DNA of 64,000 bases from Pseudomonadota bacterium (GTDB taxonomy: Archaea; Thermoplasmatota; SW-10-69-26; JACQPN01; JAJPHT01). A program made the position numbers and the translations under genes. This document shows, piece after piece, positions 38,041 to 49,739 of the stretch. How positions within the stretch are numbered: position 1 is the first letter of the stretch; each line of letters opens with the position of its first letter. The stretch spans positions 128,001 through 192,000 of the forward strand of contig JAJPHT010000029.1 in assembly GCA_021325135.1 (NCBI GenBank), read 5' to 3'. Below the pieces are notes generated by a model, which did not search any database, was not told where the DNA came from, and worked only from the letters and a program-made list of their open reading frames with translations.

Positions 38041-38903
38041 CAGATCGCCCCCGTGAACTCTTCCCCAAGCTCCGCGAGCGCGCGCTTCATCTCGTCGTCG
38101 GTGAGCGCCCGCCCGTGGTAGTCCGCCTTGAGGCGCATGAACGAGACGCCGTTCCCCTTCTCGGTCTTCGCGAGGAGGAGCACCGGCTTGCCGCTGCCCA
38201 CGCGGGAGTCGGCGTAGTCGTAGGCCGCCAGGACCTCCTTCAGGTCGTGGCCGTTGAACTCGCGCACGTCCCAGCCGAAGGCGCGCCACTTGTCGGCGAA
38301 GGGCTCCAGGTCCTTCACGTCCTTGACGAAGCCGTCGATCTGGATCTGGTTCCAGTCCACGATGCAGGTGAGGTTGTCGAGCTTGCGGAAGGGCGTCGTC
38401 ATGGCGCTCTCCCACACGCTCCCCTCCTGGCATTCGCCGTCGCCCAGCATCACCCACACGCGCGTGGAGCGGCCCGCGAGGCGCTCGCCCAGCGCGACGC
38501 CGTTGCCGAAGCCCAGCCCCATGCCGAGGCTGCCGGCGCTCATGTCCACCCCTGGAATCTTGTGGTCGGTGTGCCCCTGGAGGAGGTGCCCCGCGCGACG
38601 CAGGCCCTTGAACTCCTCGCGGCTGAAGAAGCCCCGCTCGGCGAGCACGGCGTAGAGGCCCGGGCACGTGTGCCCCTTGCTGAGGATGAAGCGGTCGCGC
38701 CCCTGCTTCTTGGGGTCGCGGGGGTCGACGCGCAGGCGCGTCGCGTAGAGCGCCACCAGCAGCTCGGCCATGCTCATGGAGCCTCCCGGGTGGCCGCTCT
38801 GCGCCTTGTGCGTCATGCGCAGCACGTCGACGCGGACGCGGCGCGCGGCCTCCTTCAGCTCGTCGAGGTTGGGCTTCGCGGGGGCCAGCGCGACGGGGAG
38901 CAT
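38040..38903 (-). CDS. Transketolase, N-terminal (TPP-binding) subunit
   Basis: SGHPGGS, RDRFILSKGH, LQGH, GSLGMG, GDGECQEGSVWE. Confidence 0.93.
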   Translation of the reverse strand: MLPVALAPAKPNLDELKEAARRVRVDVLRMTHKAQSGHPGGSMSMAELLVALYATRLRVDPRDPKKQGRDRFILSKGHTCPGLYAVLAERGFFSREEFKGLRRAGHLLQGHTDHKIPGVDMSAGSLGMGLGFGNGVALGERLAGRSTRVWVMLGDGECQEGSVWESAMTTPFRKLDNLTCIVDWNQIQIDGFVKDVKDLEPFADKWRAFGWDVREFNGHDLKEVLAAYDYADSRVGSGKPVLLLAKTEKGNGVSFMRLKADYHGRALTDDEMKRALAELGEEFTGAI

Positions 38904-38946
38904 CACGCGGCCCACGAGGCTTCCCCCATAAAGGCGTTTCCCGGGT

Positions 38947-39195
38947 TCAGGAGGGGCAGGACCCTTGGAGGCCGGCGAGCCCTTCGAGGGCGGCGACGAA
39001 GCAGTCGGTGGCGCGGACGAGCCCCCAGCAAGTGGGGCCCTCCTGGTGGAGCGCGTAGCCGCCTTCCTGGAGGGCGCACGAGGCCTCGTAGGTCGCGAGG
39101 ACGACGAGGAGCATGGGATCGGGCACGTTGGCCGAGGCGACGGGCACCGCGAGCAGCGGGGCGCAGAAGAGGGCGACGACGAGGAGCGCGCGCAT
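38947..39195 (-). CDS. Small secreted Cys-containing protein
   Basis: Signal peptide ending ASA; 4 Cys in mature part. Confidence 0.5.
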   Translation of the reverse strand: MRALLVVALFCAPLLAVPVASANVPDPMLLVVLATYEASCALQEGGYALHQEGPTCWGLVRATDCFVAALEGLAGLQGSCPS

Positions 39196-39262
39196 CGCGG
39201 CCCACGCGCCGAGGGCGCGGATGGACCTTGCGGCCGCGCAGCCGGGGGCGCTTCGGACTCAG

Positions 39263-39348
39263 CGCCGAGGGTGAGATTCGAACTCACGAGGCCAGATGGC
39301 CACCAGTTTTCAAGACTGGCGCGTTGGGCCGGGCTCTGCCACCTCGGC
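39263..39348 (-). tRNA. tRNA-Ser (TGA)
   Basis: Acceptor GCCGAGG/CCTCGGC; anticodon arm CCAGT-CTTGAAA-ACTGG; long variable arm. Confidence 0.95.
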
Positions 39349-39445
39349 GGTGCGGCGAAGGAGGGGGGCCCGCCGCATGAAGGCTCCGTGGTCCCGCCCG
39401 CCCCCGGCATAGGTTCAAGCGGGAGAGGCCCCTCGAAGCGGAGCG

Positions 39446-41422
<1,977 letters not shown>

Positions 41423-41472
41423 CCCCGCCTTCGGGCAAGCTCCAAGAGGGAGGCGCGCCTGGGAGCGGAGCG

Positions 41473-42663
41473 ATGGCCGGCGCCGCCGCGGTGGGCGAGG
41501 AGAAACAGGCGACCCCGCCCGCCCCCAGCCGCTTCCTCCTGCGCGTCGCGCTGGTCTTCCTCGCGTGGTCCGCGCTGCACGTGGGCGTCGTGGGCGCGGT
41601 CTTCTGGACGGCCCTCCCCTGGTGGGCCGCGCCCCTGGCGTTCCTCGTCGCGGTGGCGCCCATCCCCGCGCTCCTCTCCAGCTTCCGCGAGGACGCGTAT
41701 CCCGGCGCCCTCACGCGCGTCCTGGTGATGCGCCCCTTCTGGTACGTGCAGCTGGGGCTGCCGCTGCTGAGCCTCGCCGCCGCGCTGGGCCTCCTCGCGG
41801 GCCTTCCCTTCGGCCACGCCCTCCTCTGGGGGCGCGCCGCGGTGGCGGGCACGGCCCTCCTCCTGGTGGCGCTCTACGTCGCGGGCTACCTGGGCTCGCG
41901 CCGCCTGGTGGTGCGCCGCGTCTCGTTCGCGTACCCCGACCTGCCCGAGGGGCTCGACGGGACGGTGGTCGCGCAGCTGTCGGACCTGCACGTGGGCCCG
42001 CACACGTCGCGCCGCTTCCTGAGGCGCATCGCCGCGGCGGTGGAGGCCGCGAAGCCCGACCTCATCGCGTACACCGGCGACCAGGTGGACGACTACGACC
42101 GCGACGTCGCGCGCTTCGCCCAGGTCTTCGGACCGCTGAAGGCGCCCCTGGGCGTCTTCGCCATCGCGGGCAACCACGACGTGTACGCCGGGTGGCCCGG
42201 CGTCAAGGCGGGCATGGAGGGCGCGGGCATGCGCGTGCTGGTCAACGACGCGGAGCCCGTGCGCCGCGGCGGCTCGGAGATGTGGATCGTGGGCACCGGC
42301 GACCCCGCCGGCGCGCAGGGGTTCGGCGGGCTGGCGCCCGAGGCCGCGCCCGACGTGCCCCTCGCGCTCTCCCGCGTGCCGCCCGGCGCGTTCACCCTGG
42401 CGTTGGCGCACAACCCCGCGCTCTGGCCCGCACTTGCGCAGCGCGGCGTCCACCTCACCCTCAGCGGCCACACGCACCACGGCCAATTCAGCATCCCCGC
42501 GCTGGGCTGGTCGCTGGCCTCGCCCTTCCTGGACCTGGCCATGGGGACCTACGAGCGCGCGGGCTCGCGGCTGCACATCCACCCGGGGACGAACTACTGG
42601 GGCATCCCCTTCCGGTTGGGCGCCTGGCCCGAGGTCACGCTGGTCACGCTGCGGCGCGCGTGA
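41473..42663 (+). CDS. Membrane-anchored metallophosphoesterase (YkuE-like)
   Basis: SDLHVG, GDQVD, GNHD, LAHNP, SGHTHHGQ. Confidence 0.9.
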   Translation: MAGAAAVGEEKQATPPAPSRFLLRVALVFLAWSALHVGVVGAVFWTALPWWAAPLAFLVAVAPIPALLSSFREDAYPGALTRVLVMRPFWYVQLGLPLLSLAAALGLLAGLPFGHALLWGRAAVAGTALLLVALYVAGYLGSRRLVVRRVSFAYPDLPEGLDGTVVAQLSDLHVGPHTSRRFLRRIAAAVEAAKPDLIAYTGDQVDDYDRDVARFAQVFGPLKAPLGVFAIAGNHDVYAGWPGVKAGMEGAGMRVLVNDAEPVRRGGSEMWIVGTGDPAGAQGFGGLAPEAAPDVPLALSRVPPGAFTLALAHNPALWPALAQRGVHLTLSGHTHHGQFSIPALGWSLASPFLDLAMGTYERAGSRLHIHPGTNYWGIPFRLGAWPEVTLVTLRRA

Positions 42664-43196
42664 TCGCCCATCATGGCGCGCACCGGCCGCCGCACCGTCT
42701 CCGCCACCGCGCCGAAGAGGAGGTGCATGCCCAGGTTCCGCGCGACGGCCTTCGGCGGCTGCTGCGTCACCGGCGGCGCGAGGTCCAGCGCGGGCAGCGT
42801 CGCGGCGGGGAGCGCGGCCCACACGGCGGCGCCGAAGGGGAGGCCCCACCCCCACGTCGCGGCGGGCGTGGCCTCCGCGGCCATGCCGTAAAGCGCGCCG
42901 GTCACCGCGCCCGTGGCGTAGTGGACCACCTGGCCCGCGAGCTTCTTCTGCGTCTCGGGGACCTCCTCGCCCGTCAGGGGCTCCACGACGGCGTTGGCGA
43001 CGGCGAGCTTGGGGTCCTCGCCCCCGCCCTTCCTCGCGCGCCGCTTGTCCATGCGCTTCATGGCGTAGCCCATCACACCCGCCGCGGCCACGCCCGCGAT
43101 CGCGCCAGCCAACGCACCCTTCGCCAGGTCGGTGGGCGGCGGGACGTGGGGCGCCCAGCGGGCAAGGCCCTGCTCCTTGGGAAGCTCCGGTTCCAT
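42594..43196 (-). CDS. DUF1440-like membrane protein
   Basis: GALAGAIAG...VVHYATGAVTGALYG...HLLFG; overlaps convergent gene by about 70 bp. Confidence 0.7.
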   Translation of the reverse strand: MEPELPKEQGLARWAPHVPPPTDLAKGALAGAIAGVAAAGVMGYAMKRMDKRRARKGGGEDPKLAVANAVVEPLTGEEVPETQKKLAGQVVHYATGAVTGALYGMAAEATPAATWGWGLPFGAAVWAALPAATLPALDLAPPVTQQPPKAVARNLGMHLLFGAVAETVRRPVRAMMGDHARRSVTSVTSGQAPNRKGMPQ

Positions 43197-43250
43197 GGGG
43201 CCCCTTTTCACGGCCAACGTGCAAGTCTCCTTCCGACCGAAACCCAAATA

Positions 43251-43268
43251 CGTAACCATAGGGTTACG
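43251..43268. promoter_or_regulatory. Palindromic operator, probably for the downstream ArsR regulator
   Basis: CGTAACC-ATAG-GGTTACG just upstream of the SRPBCC-ArsR operon start. Confidence 0.7.
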
Positions 43269-43275
43269 GGTTTCC

Positions 43276-43713
43276 ATGGCGCGAAGCATCGTCCACGAGG
43301 TCGACTACCCGCACCCGCCCGAGCGCGTCTGGCGCGCGCTCACCGACCCGCAGCAGATCGGCCAGTGGCTCATGGCCACCGACTTCAAGGCCGTCGTCGG
43401 AGCGAAGTACGAGATGCGCGCGAAGCCCATGCCCGGCTGGCGGGGCCTCGTCGAGGGGGAGGTCCTGGAGGTCGTCCCGCAGCGCAAGCTCGTCTACACC
43501 TGGCTGGGCAACGAGAAGGGGCCCCTCACCACCGTCACGTGGGAGCTGACGCCCACCGCCACCGGCACGCGCCTCAAGCTCACCCACAGCGGGTTCGCGG
43601 GCCTGCGCGGCTTCATCGCGTACAACGCGCTCAAGGGGGGCTGGGGGAAGAAGATCCTCCGCGAAGGGCTGCCCAGCGTGCTCGCGGGCAAGCCGGTGCC
43701 GAGCGTGCACTGA
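43276..43713 (+). CDS. SRPBCC/AHSA1-like protein
   Basis: YPHPPERVWRALTDP...LEVVPQRKLVYTW...TRLKLTHSGF. Confidence 0.88.
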   Translation: MARSIVHEVDYPHPPERVWRALTDPQQIGQWLMATDFKAVVGAKYEMRAKPMPGWRGLVEGEVLEVVPQRKLVYTWLGNEKGPLTTVTWELTPTATGTRLKLTHSGFAGLRGFIAYNALKGGWGKKILREGLPSVLAGKPVPSVH

Positions 43714-44075
43714 TGCAGAAGGCCCGCGGGAAGGGCAAGTCCGCGCGGCGCGAGGAGGCCGTCTACCGCGCCCTCGCGGACCCCACGCGGCGCCGCATCC
43801 TCGCGCTCCTCGCCGAGGCGCCCCGCTCCGTGGGCGCCCTGGCCGCGGAGTTCCCCTCCATCAGCCGCCCCGCCGTGTCGAAGCACCTGGCGCTCCTCGT
43901 GGAGGCGGGCCTCGCCGTGGCGGAGGCGCAGGGGCGCGAGCGCGTCTACTCGCTGGAGCCCTCGCCCCTCTCGGAGGTCGTCTCGTACGTCGCCACGCTG
44001 GACGCCTTCTGGGCCGAGCGCCTCGGCGGCCTGGGCGCGCACCTGGACCGCATGGCGCGCGAGGAAAAAGCCTGA
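43713..44075 (+). CDS. ArsR/SmtB family regulator
   Basis: YRALADPTRRRILALL...SRPAVSKHL..L.EAGL...GRERVY. Confidence 0.9.
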   Translation: MQKARGKGKSARREEAVYRALADPTRRRILALLAEAPRSVGALAAEFPSISRPAVSKHLALLVEAGLAVAEAQGRERVYSLEPSPLSEVVSYVATLDAFWAERLGGLGAHLDRMAREEKA

Positions 44076-44101
44076 AGCCCGGACGCCCCCTCGCGCGACG
44101 C

Positions 44102-45106
44102 ATGGACAAGCCCGCCCCCATCGGCGTCGAGATCACCCGCGGCGGCACCGTCGAGAGCGCCCACCGCGTGCACCTGGCCGTCGTCGACGGCGCGGGGCAC
44201 CTCGTCGCGCACGCGGGCGACCCCTCGCGGGTCGCGTTCCTGCGCAGCGCTGCGAAGCCCTTCCAGGCCGTGCCCCTCGTGGCCTCGGGCGCCGCGGACG
44301 CCTTCGGCCTCGCGCCGCAGGAGCTTGCCCTCTGCTGCGGGAGCCACGGCGGCGAGCCCATGCACGTGCGCGTCGTCGAAGGCATGTTCGCCAAGGCCGG
44401 CATCAGCCCCGACCTCCTGCAGTGCGGCACGCACCCCTTGTGGAGCAAGGCCGCCAAGGAGGGGCTCGCGGGGGGCAAGCCCACGCCGAAGAACCACAAC
44501 TGCAGCGGCAAGCACGCGGGCATGATGATCCTCCAGAAGCACCTGGGCGCGAATCCCGCGGACTACCTCGATCCGCAGAGCCCCGCGCAGCGCGCGATCC
44601 TCCGGGCCGTCGCGGAGTGCGCGGGCGTTCCCGAGGCCGAGGTGCGCGTCGGCACGGACGGGTGCAGCGTGCCCAACTTCGCGCTGAGCGTCGCCGCGGG
44701 GGCGCGCATGTTCGCGCGGCTCGCGATGCCCTCGGGCCCGCACGCCGCGGCGCTCACGCGCCTTCGCGACGCCATGACCGCGCACCCCGAGATGGTGGGC
44801 GGCAGCGAGCGCTTCGACACCGCGCTCATGGGCGCCTCCGAGGACCGCCTCGTGAGCAAGGCCGGCGCCGAGGGCGTGCAGGGCGTCGGCGACCTCGCCA
44901 CGGGCCTGGGCCTGCTGCTCAAGGTCGAGGACGGGACCAGCCGCGCCGTGGCGCCCGCCACGGTGGAGGCGCTGCGGCAGCTGGCGTGGCTGGAGGGGCG
45001 CGCCTTCGAGGTGCTGGGCGACTGGTGGCGGCCCGCCATCACCAACTGGAGCGGCCGCGTCGTGGGGGAGACGAGGCCGGTTCTCACGCTGGAACGCACA
45101 GAATAG
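44102..45106 (+). CDS. L-asparaginase II (rhizobial type)
   Basis: RSAAKPFQA, SHGGE, NCSGKHAG, TDGCSVP, KAGAEG. Confidence 0.9.
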   Translation: MDKPAPIGVEITRGGTVESAHRVHLAVVDGAGHLVAHAGDPSRVAFLRSAAKPFQAVPLVASGAADAFGLAPQELALCCGSHGGEPMHVRVVEGMFAKAGISPDLLQCGTHPLWSKAAKEGLAGGKPTPKNHNCSGKHAGMMILQKHLGANPADYLDPQSPAQRAILRAVAECAGVPEAEVRVGTDGCSVPNFALSVAAGARMFARLAMPSGPHAAALTRLRDAMTAHPEMVGGSERFDTALMGASEDRLVSKAGAEGVQGVGDLATGLGLLLKVEDGTSRAVAPATVEALRQLAWLEGRAFEVLGDWWRPAITNWSGRVVGETRPVLTLERTE

Positions 45107-45144
45107 ACTCAGTTCGTCGCGCGCGCCGCAGCGCGCGTACCCAT

Positions 45145-45231
45145 GGGGGTTTCAGGGGGCGAAGCCCCCTGACGTGAAGGGAAAGAAGCAGACGCTCAAA
45201 ACTTCAGGGGGCTGCGCTCCCCGAACCCCCC
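45145..45231. repeat. Inverted pair of REP-like units between convergent genes
   Basis: GGGGGTTTCAGGGGGCGAAGCCCCCTGACGT and inverted TTCAGGGGGCTGCGCTCCCCGAACCCCCC. Confidence 0.75.
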
Positions 45232-45746
45232 GCCTGCCGTCGCACGAGCCACGCCCACGCCACGAGGCCCACGAAGGCCAAGGCGAGGCCCACGGTCAGC
45301 GCAAGGAAGAGGGGGTCGTGCTGGACGGGCGGGGTTTCTGTGGGGGTGGCGAGGCTCTTGGCGAAGCCGGTGGGCGCGGCCTCCGTGGCGTTGGCGACGC
45401 CGCTGCGCAGCCACATCCAGGCCGCCAGCGCGGCGGTGACCAGCGTGCCCAGGGCGGTGCTGAGGATGAGGGCCAGCGTGATGGTCTCGGGGTGGAGGAG
45501 GCGGCGGCCGGTCCACGAGAGCTGCCAGTAGACCCACTTGCGCTCCACGTCCTCCTCGATCTTCTGGATGAGTCCCACCTCGGCGAGCTTCTCCAGGTGC
45601 TCGAAGACCGTGGCCTTGTTGAGGTCCAGCTCGCGCGCCAGCTCGGTCACCGTCTTCTGGCGCTCGTCGAGCGCCTTGAGGATGTCCAGCCGCGTGTCCG
45701 AGGCGAGGGCCTTGAACACGGCGCGGTCCAGGGTGATCTTGTCCAC
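45204..45746 (-). CDS. Membrane-anchored ArsR-type wHTH regulator
   Basis: FKALASDTRLDILKAL...TVFEHLEKL...KWVYWQLS plus two TM helices. Confidence 0.85.
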   Translation of the reverse strand: MDKITLDRAVFKALASDTRLDILKALDERQKTVTELARELDLNKATVFEHLEKLAEVGLIQKIEEDVERKWVYWQLSWTGRRLLHPETITLALILSTALGTLVTAALAAWMWLRSGVANATEAAPTGFAKSLATPTETPPVQHDPLFLALTVGLALAFVGLVAWAWLVRRQAGGSGSAAP

Positions 45747-45874
45747 GGCGTCCTATGCTGGGGCCGCGCGCTTCACGGTTGCGGAACCGGCGGGGAGGCG
45801 CCCAACGCCTTCCCTCCGTGGATCGTCCCGGTGGGCGAGCAAGGACTATGGGAGCGGGAAGCGCTCGGGAGGCG

Positions 45875-46363
45875 ATGACGGAAGAGCCTTTCCTCACCGT
45901 GGGACGCGCCGTGGCCATGGTGCTGATCCTGGCCGGCATCGCCGTCGTGATCACCGCGCCCTGGGATGACAGGCTCCAGAAGGCAGACTGCGACCAGGAG
46001 CCGCACGTGCTCTGCGACTCGTTTAGCCCGGTCCCTCCCGACCTGGCCGGTGTCCTCGCTGCGCTCCCGGGAGCGGTGGGTCTCGTGGGCTCGGCGTGGC
46101 TGCGCTCGGCGGCGGCTCCGAAGCTTGACGCGGGAGAGCGCCGGATCGCCCGCCTCGCGTGGGGCACCGCGCTGGTGGGCCTGGGCGGGTGGGCAACTGT
46201 CTCGGCACTGCTGGGAATCGTGGCCTCCGTCTGTGCCAACAACCTCTGCACGCACCACGTGCTTCCCCGGGACGTCGTCGGGCTGGTGTGGTCCTCTGCC
46301 CTTCTTGTCGGAGGTCTTGTCTTCCTCGCCCGCGGGCTCCTGAAGAGCGCCGCGCCGACGTAG
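45875..46363 (+). CDS. Four-TM membrane protein (atypical codon usage)
   Basis: GGAGG before ATG; hydrophobic helices with Cys pairs in loops. Confidence 0.55.
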   Translation: MTEEPFLTVGRAVAMVLILAGIAVVITAPWDDRLQKADCDQEPHVLCDSFSPVPPDLAGVLAALPGAVGLVGSAWLRSAAAPKLDAGERRIARLAWGTALVGLGGWATVSALLGIVASVCANNLCTHHVLPRDVVGLVWSSALLVGGLVFLARGLLKSAAPT

Positions 46364-46418
46364 CTCCACCGGAACGCATCCCCAAACGCACGTATCCCAA
46401 GAGCGACACTCCCTGCGT

Positions 46419-47384
46419 GTGGACGCCGCCTCCGCCGACGCGCTTCTCGCCCGCGTGCGCGGGGGGCGGACGCTCTGGGTGCTTCACGCCAACGCGGACG
46501 CGGACTGCGTGGGCTCCGCCGCCGCGCTCCAGCGCGCCTTCGGCGGCACCCTGGGAGCTCCCGACGGCCTCTCGCGCGAAGGGCGCGCGCTGGCGGAGCG
46601 GCTGGGGCTGGAGGTCGACCCGTGGCCCCACCCCGAGGCGTTCGACGTCCACGTCGCGGTGGACACCTCGTCGCGTGCCCAGTTGGGCCGCCTGGGGCCG
46701 CTCCTCGCCGCGCCCCTCCTGGTGGACCACCACGCGTATGGCGATCTCCAGGCGGGCGCGCCCGCCAAGGCGTGGGACCCCGCGCGCGCCTCGTGCTGCG
46801 AGGTCGCGCTGGCGCTGCTGGACCGCGCGGGCGCCGCGCTGCACGCGGACGTCGCCTTCGCGCTCCTCGTGGGGCTCCTCACCGACACGGCGCGCTTCCG
46901 CCACGCGGACCCCGCCGCCCTGCGCGCCGCCGCGCGGCTCGCCGAGGCCGCGGGCGCCACGATGGAGGACGCCTACGCCTTCCTGGAGCGCGTGGACGAG
47001 GAGATGGACGATCTCTCGGCGCGCAAGGCGACGCTCGTCGCCGCCTCCCGCGCGCAGGTGGACCAGTGGGGCCCCTGGCTCGTGGCCACGAGCGAAGTGG
47101 GCGCCTTCGACGGCGCGGCCGCCGCGGCGCTGGTGCGCGCGGGCGCCGACCTCGCGTTGGTGGCGCAGGAGAAGAGCGCCTCGGCGCGCATGTCGCTGCG
47201 CGCCAGCGTGCGCGCGAAGGAGGCGGGGCTTCACCTGGGCGAGGTCGCCAACGCGGCGGCGCGCGACGTGGGCTGGAGCGGCGGCGGGCACGAGGCCGCC
47301 GCGGGCCTCCAGGGGAAGCCGCCCCTGGCGCCCGCGCGCTCCGCGGTGCTGCGCCTGGCGCGGGCGAAGCTGGAGGCCGCCTGA
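46419..47384 (+). CDS. DHH/DHHA1 phosphoesterase
   Basis: HANADAD, VDTS, VDHH, TDTARF, GGGHEAAAG. Confidence 0.88.
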   Translation: MDAASADALLARVRGGRTLWVLHANADADCVGSAAALQRAFGGTLGAPDGLSREGRALAERLGLEVDPWPHPEAFDVHVAVDTSSRAQLGRLGPLLAAPLLVDHHAYGDLQAGAPAKAWDPARASCCEVALALLDRAGAALHADVAFALLVGLLTDTARFRHADPAALRAAARLAEAAGATMEDAYAFLERVDEEMDDLSARKATLVAASRAQVDQWGPWLVATSEVGAFDGAAAAALVRAGADLALVAQEKSASARMSLRASVRAKEAGLHLGEVANAAARDVGWSGGGHEAAAGLQGKPPLAPARSAVLRLARAKLEAA

Positions 47385-47869
47385 TGGCGAAGCGCAAGCG
47401 CCCGAAGTACGCCTACGAGGTCGCGCCCGACGTGCAGGCCATGCTGGAGGAGATCGTGCGCCTCCTCCCCGACGAGTTCCCCCACGTGGACGTGCGGCGC
47501 GTCGTGTGCTATCGTTCCCGCGGCTCCACCGCGCGCATCTACGCGCGCATCTGGAGCCTCCCGGGCATCTGGCAGGCCGCGCTGGGCGTCGAGGCGCACT
47601 ACGTCGTCGAGGTCGTGGAGCGCTTCGACCGCGAGAGCCGCGAGGAGCAGGAGAAGACGATCCTCCACGAGCTTCTCCACATCCCCAAGACGTTCAGCGG
47701 CGCGCTGGTGCCGCACAACTGCTTCGGCAAGAAGATCAACTGTGAGGCGGAAGGGCGCCTGCACGCCAAGCTGGAGCGGGCCCGCGCGCTGGAGGCCCGG
47801 GCGCAGGCGGACGCGCAGCGCATCCTGGAGTCCTACGACCTGGGCCGCACGACGACGTCGGCGAAGTAG
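47384..47869 (+). CDS. Putative metallopeptidase (archaeal/phage type)
   Basis: CYRSRGS.ARIYARIW; ILHELLHIPKTFSGAL. Confidence 0.85.
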   Translation: MAKRKRPKYAYEVAPDVQAMLEEIVRLLPDEFPHVDVRRVVCYRSRGSTARIYARIWSLPGIWQAALGVEAHYVVEVVERFDRESREEQEKTILHELLHIPKTFSGALVPHNCFGKKINCEAEGRLHAKLERARALEARAQADAQRILESYDLGRTTTSAK

Positions 47870-48438
47870 GCGTCGGTCCCCGTCCCGATCCAGAGGGCGA
47901 CGCCGCCCCGCGCGTGCCCCATCTTGAGGTCCTTGACCAGGAGCGCGGGCTGCGACGAGGCGCCCACGAAGAGCTCCGCGCGCTCGCCGCGCACGACGAC
48001 GCGCAGGCGCGTCCACGCGCCGGGCTCCATGTCGGCGTAGGACTCGTAGACGCCCGGCGACTCGCCGCGCAGGCGATGCCAGGGCCAGTCGGGGAGCGAG
48101 GCGTACTGCGTCGTATGGTTGCGCCGAAGCTGGTCGTCCGCGCGGGCGTTGGTGGGGCGCACGAAGAGCAACTCGAACCGGGCGGAGCCCTCCTGCACGC
48201 GGAACGCGAGCCCCGCGAAGCCGCGCATGTCGGGGTCCGCGTCAGGGCGCCGGTCGGCCGCCAGCCAGCACTCGATCTCGCCGTCCTCGAAGAGACCCGG
48301 AAGGTGGGCCAGGGGCTCGACGCCGGGCGCGCCCATCTGCGACTCGACCACGTGGACGGCACGCCGGCCGCGGTGCGTCGCGTCCGCGAGGTCCACGCCG
48401 CGGGGCGTCAGAGTGGCGGCCGAGAAGGCGGGCGGCAT
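47833..48438 (-). CDS. Concanavalin/DUF1080-like hypothetical protein
   Basis: RGFAGLAFRV...RPTNARADDQLRRNH..QY...ALWIG.GT.AYFAD. Confidence 0.7.
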   Translation of the reverse strand: MPPAFSAATLTPRGVDLADATHRGRRAVHVVESQMGAPGVEPLAHLPGLFEDGEIECWLAADRRPDADPDMRGFAGLAFRVQEGSARFELLFVRPTNARADDQLRRNHTTQYASLPDWPWHRLRGESPGVYESYADMEPGAWTRLRVVVRGERAELFVGASSQPALLVKDLKMGHARGGVALWIGTGTDAYFADVVVRPRS

Positions 48439-48645
48439 CGGACCGGGCGGGCAGCGGCGCGGCCGTCTTTCAACGTATGCGGGCCCGGTCGGAGCCGGCC
48501 AGCCGGGAACCGGCAAGTGGCGAATCCCGCTTCTGGGATCGTCGTTTGTCCGGCGGGAAGGACGGTCGCTTGGACGGCGCCTACCCAAACGGGGGTAAAT
48601 TACTTACCCTGTCATGGCCCATGGATTCGCGCCGAGGTGCGACGC

Positions 48646-48930
48646 GTGCAGTCCGAAGGTTTCGTCTTCGAAGAGAAGCCCGTGTACGACTGGAACCACG
48701 TCCCCGTGGGGACCGTGAGCGGCGCCGTGCGCGATCCCAAGACCCGCGCCGCCCGGCAGCTGGTCCTGCGCTTGACCCCGGAGGCCCAGACCGAGCTTGG
48801 GGCCGAGCAGCCCACCGTCGAGCTTCCCGCGTCCTTCGTCTTCGGCGTCCGCCGCGACAGCGTCACCCTGGACCGCTCGCTCAGCGAGCTCAAGAAGATC
48901 GATTTCTTCGCCTCGGTCATCAAGAAGTAG
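48646..48930 (+). CDS. PRC-barrel-like protein
   Basis: KPVYDWNHVPVGTV...; GAGGTG upstream of GTG. Confidence 0.65.
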   Translation: MQSEGFVFEEKPVYDWNHVPVGTVSGAVRDPKTRAARQLVLRLTPEAQTELGAEQPTVELPASFVFGVRRDSVTLDRSLSELKKIDFFASVIKK

Positions 48931-48959
48931 GTGCCCGGCCTCCTTCTTCTTTTCAAGGG

Positions 48960-49739
48960 CTACTTCCCGTAGCGCCGCTGCCGAAGCTGGTAGGTGCGGA
49001 TCGCGCGCAGGAAGTCCACGCGGCGGAAGCCGGGCCAGAAGACGTCGGTGAAGTAGAGCTCGCTGTACGCCATCTGCCAGAGCAGGAAGTTGCTGATGCG
49101 CTCCTCGCCGCTGGTGCGCAGGATGAGGTCGGGGTCGGGGAGGTGCGCCGTGTAGAGGTGCTTCGCGACGAGGGACTCGTCGATGTCCGAAGGCTTGACG
49201 CGGCCCGCCTTCACGTCCTCGGCGATGCCGCGGATGGCGTCGAGGATCTCCTGCCGGCCGCCGTAGGCGACGGCGATGGTGTAGAAGTAGGACGCGTAGT
49301 CGCGGGTGCGCTCCTCGGCGACGCGGATGGCCTCGCGGACGCGCTTGGGGAGGCGGTCCAATTGGCCGATGGCGCGGATGTGGATGCGGTTGCGGTGGAC
49401 GCGCTCGTCGGCCGCCATCCGGAGGAAGTTCTCCTCGAAGAGCTCCATGAGGCGCTTGACCTCCATGGGGTTGCGGTTGAAGTTCTCGCTGGAGAACGCG
49501 TACACCGTGAGGTGCTTCACGTCCAGCTCCAGGCACCAGTCCAGCACGCTCTCCAGCGTGTCGCGGCCGTACTCGTGCCCCTTGAGGGCGGGCTCGCCCA
49601 GCGCCTCGGCGAAGCGGCGGTTGCCGTCCATGATGATGCCGATGTGGCGGGGGACGGGCTCGCCCCTCACTTCCTTGAGGAGCGCGGCCTCGACGGTCTT
49701 GGCCACCGCGTCGCCGACGCGGTCCTTGATCTCGTGGAT
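48960..49739 (-). CDS. uppS: cis-Prenyltransferase (polyprenyl diphosphate synthase)
   Basis: HIGIIMDGNRR, YAFSSENF, YGGRQE, PDLILRTSGEERISNFLLWQ; first canonical start GTG 49706, possible ATC start at 49739. Confidence 0.93.
   Translation of the reverse strand: MHEIKDRVGDAVAKTVEAALLKEVRGEPVPRHIGIIMDGNRRFAEALGEPALKGHEYGRDTLESVLDWCLELDVKHLTVYAFSSENFNRNPMEVKRLMELFEENFLRMAADERVHRNRIHIRAIGQLDRLPKRVREAIRVAEERTRDYASYFYTIAVAYGGRQEILDAIRGIAEDVKAGRVKPSDIDESLVAKHLYTAHLPDPDLILRTSGEERISNFLLWQMAYSELYFTDVFWPGFRRVDFLRAIRTYQLRQRRYGK

Noticed and set aside
39263-39348. tRNA with long variable arm as possible Sec or suppressor tRNA
   Set aside because: Anticodon reads TGA (Ser, decoding UCA) with a normal 7-bp acceptor
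42594-42663. 3' overlaps of convergent genes (also 47833-47869, 34508-34521)
   Set aside because: Common in compact GC-rich genomes where stop codons are scarce
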